Virus record (IMG/VR): IMGVR_UViG_3300031772_000075 | DNA: 43,188 nt | Reading direction: 5' to 3' (one strand) | DNA from: a virus | Part shown: piece by piece, positions 41,938 to 43,188 of the stretch | Layout: every line of letters starts with the position of its first letter | Numbering within the stretch: the first letter of the stretch is position 1 | Position numbers and translations under genes: made by a program | Notes under the pieces: model-generated | Seen by the model: the letters and a program-made list of their open reading frames with translations, nothing else | What the model was told of the DNA's origin: nothing | Databases searched by the model: none

Positions 41938-42333
41938 TCATTCCTCGTTACCTACGGCCGTCTGGCCGTAGCTTTTTGCGAGGCGCTCCTTTAGCGCCCC
42001 CATCTCTTTCGCCAGGGACTCCCTCTGGGATTCCGTTAGCGCAAGCCTTCTGTGCACTCGAAGCTCCTCCAGGAGCTCCGTCCCGCGCTGCTGAAGCTCG
42101 CCGACCTGGCGAAGCCGGTGGGCGTCGTCGTCAAGGAGCCTCTGCATCGTCTTTTTCGCGACGAGGAGGAGTCCGCCGCCGCTCGACGTGGTGAGGAACT
42201 CGTTGAGCTCCTCCGGGAGCCCGTTCGGGCCCTCTACCACGATCTTGAATGGCTTGCCGCGCCACACGCCCTCGCGTGAGAAAGAAACTTGTTCGTCCTG
42301 ATCCGTCACCGAGATCCTGATCGCGTCCTTCAT
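41938..42333 (-). CDS. hypothetical protein (131 aa)
   Basis: The ATG overlaps the stop of the upstream low-GC gene (ATGA). Its stop lies 1 nt before the RRM gene's ATG. Confidence 0.5.
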   Translation of the reverse strand: MKDAIRISVTDQDEQVSFSREGVWRGKPFKIVVEGPNGLPEELNEFLTTSSGGGLLLVAKKTMQRLLDDDAHRLRQVGELQQRGTELLEELRVHRRLALTESQRESLAKEMGALKERLAKSYGQTAVGNEE

Positions 42334-43046
42334 GTCCCGATTTTACAGTCTGTCAGGTTCTTGGGATTTACATTTGCGACTGCTTTACAGAACCCGAGGA
42401 GCTCGGAGTCGCTGAAATTTGATCGGGCCACGTTCGCCATGAACGTTACAAACCTTACATTTCCCTTGAGATACCCAACTGCATGATCCATTCGGTCCAA
42501 GCTCGCATTACACGGGTTCCGGACTGCCCATCCGATAGCACCGTCCGGGAGAACCATTCCCAAGGATGAAAGAGCGCAAAGACCTCTCTGACTTTCCCAC
42601 AACAGTTTTAGAAATGGTAGGTCTAAGTCGGTTTCCCCCTTGTGATGTCGTTGCCGAGCTCTTGTCAAAAACCAACGAAATTGAGAGTATTCATCCTTCA
42701 CTCCACCCCGATTCAGCTGGTCAGCCTTCGGCGGGGTCCGTCGGTTCCTATCCCTTAGGTGACAGGCCGTCGAACAAAAGAAATGGGAACGACCCCTCTT
42801 TTGCCACCTATCTACTTCCCGCTTTTCTTTGGGAAAAGGGTTCTGGCACAGGTGACACTCTAATTGGATCAGAGAACGAGACCCTGAGTAGGTTTCCCCG
42901 TACCTCTCAGCATTGGTCGTTTTCACCTGACACGAGGTCGAACAGAAGAACCTAGTCACTCCTCTTCGAAGCTGTCGTTCGTGCTCTTTCCTCGGTTTGG
43001 GAAATGGTTTTTGACATGTCGGACAGTTCAGTTCCACCCAGTTCAT
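42330..43046 (-). CDS. double zinc-ribbon protein with C-terminal HNH-like (HNH_3-type) endonuclease domain, in a lower-GC island
   Basis: Two repeated modules: NCPTCQKPFPK...FFCSTSC and ECHLCQNPFPK...FFCSTAC. The C-terminus SLDRMDHAVGYLKGNVRFVTFMANVARSNFSDSE resembles the H..N..N core of phage HNH_3 endonucleases. GC is visibly lower (about 50% by eye). Confidence 0.55.
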   Translation of the reverse strand: MNWVELNCPTCQKPFPKPRKEHERQLRRGVTRFFCSTSCQVKTTNAERYGETYSGSRSLIQLECHLCQNPFPKEKREVDRWQKRGRSHFFCSTACHLRDRNRRTPPKADQLNRGGVKDEYSQFRWFLTRARQRHHKGETDLDLPFLKLLWESQRGLCALSSLGMVLPDGAIGWAVRNPCNASLDRMDHAVGYLKGNVRFVTFMANVARSNFSDSELLGFCKAVANVNPKNLTDCKIGT

Positions 43047-43083
43047 GTTTCACTCTACCGAGTGGTGGAACTGGGTGGAACTG
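43029..43083. repeat. perfect 16-bp inverted repeat (23-nt loop) spanning the start codon of the HNH-like gene, 5 nt from the tmRNA 3' end
   Basis: + strand arms cagttccacccagttc (43029-43044) and gaactgggtggaactg (43068-43083). The right arm is itself a tandem ggtggaactg x2. The ATG at 43044-43046 (minus strand) lies at the arm/loop junction. Confidence 0.8.
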
Positions 43084-43088
43084 ATTTG

Positions 43089-43188
43089 TGGAGCAGGCGG
43101 GAGTCGAACCCGCGTCCACGAGACCTGTTACTTAGTCCTCTACGTGCGTATCCGAGGATACCCCGTCGGCAGGGTGCGCGGGTTCGGC
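43089..43188 (-). ncRNA. ssrA: tmRNA (ssrA-like) 3' portion; gene continues beyond the window end
   Basis: The minus-strand RNA ends ...GGACGCGGGTTCGACTCCCGCCTGCTCCA. This matches the conserved tmRNA T-arm and acceptor 3' end (E. coli ...GGACGCGGGTTCAACTCCCGCCAGCTCCACCA). The terminal CCA is not encoded. Confidence 0.6.

Noticed and set aside
1-43188. CRISPR arrays and tRNA genes
   Set aside because: No spaced identical direct repeats of 25-40 bp were seen. The only T-arm-like GGTTCGA..CC element is the tmRNA 3' end at 43089-43188.
1-43188. Interpretation as ordinary bacterial chromosome (recA, ruvC, rpoD, dnaB, dnaJ, polA, ssrA all present)
   Set aside because: The architectures are atypical for cellular housekeeping copies (PolA without 5'-3' exo, enlarged RecA/RuvC, primase Zn-finger alone, half-Rad50). 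They are packed within 43 kb with HNH islands and many tiny coupled ORFs, which fits a large phage-like element better. A cellular origin for part of the window (for example near the tmRNA) cannot be excluded.

Overview
This window is high-GC (roughly mid-60s % by eye, not computed) and gene-dense. It contains an unexpected major-vault-protein homolog among phage-type replication/recombination genes, a candidate nucleotide-pool (thymidine-depleting / uracil-DNA?) module, three lower-GC islands, and the 3' end of a tmRNA gene at the right edge.

Many neighbouring genes overlap by 1-4 nt at stop/start (ATGA, TGATG, GTGA), and several use TTG/GTG starts with Shine-Dalgarno-like motifs, so translation is prokaryotic. 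Most long opposite-strand ORFs in the six-frame track are R/L/G/V-rich antisense artefacts of this GC content and were rejected.

The gene content reads as a large phage-like or virus-like mobile genome, not a cellular chromosome, but the host and element type cannot be fixed from sequence alone.

- Replication and recombination: a DnaB-like helicase (1185-2714), a family-A DNA polymerase with a 3'-5' exo domain but no 5'-3' exo domain and a long Pro-rich C-terminal extension (9761-12730), a standalone DnaG-type CHC2 zinc-finger protein (7597-8244), a RecA-like recombinase (28945-30294), an SMC/Rad50-like N-terminal half that ends at a CxxC hook (27586-28920), and a RuvC-like resolvase (30334-31050).
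- Transcription: an RpoD-like sigma factor (37032-38132), an ECF-like sigma factor (15743-16435) and an RHH regulator (39864-40340).
- Nucleotide metabolism: dCTP deaminase (12983-13663), MazG coupled to a YfbR-like HD 5'-deoxynucleotidase (21903-23053), a NUDIX hydrolase (2742-3173) and a NadR/AAA_28-like P-loop kinase (35936-36577).
- Eukaryote-like proteins, unusual in this context: a full-length major vault protein homolog with a collagen-like Gly-X-Y insert and a strong terminator (3478-6201), an RRM glycine-rich RNA-binding protein (41517-41936), a CX5R dual-specificity phosphatase (39105-39587), an H1-like Lys/Ala-rich protein (16796-17527), a full DnaJ (8643-9713) and a J-domain-only protein (18024-18353).
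- Accessory enzymes: nitrilase-superfamily hydrolase, pyroglutamyl peptidase, SAM decarboxylase, Dps/ferritin-like protein and a macro-domain protein.
- Three visibly lower-GC islands: 19188-20288 (366-aa gene of unknown function), about 35440-36600 (HNH endonuclease convergently overlapping the kinase) and 42330-43046 (double zinc-ribbon HNH-like gene).
- The right edge carries the 3' end of a tmRNA (ssrA-like) gene on the minus strand, 5 nt from a perfect 16-bp inverted repeat.

No CRISPR array and no tRNA gene was found.
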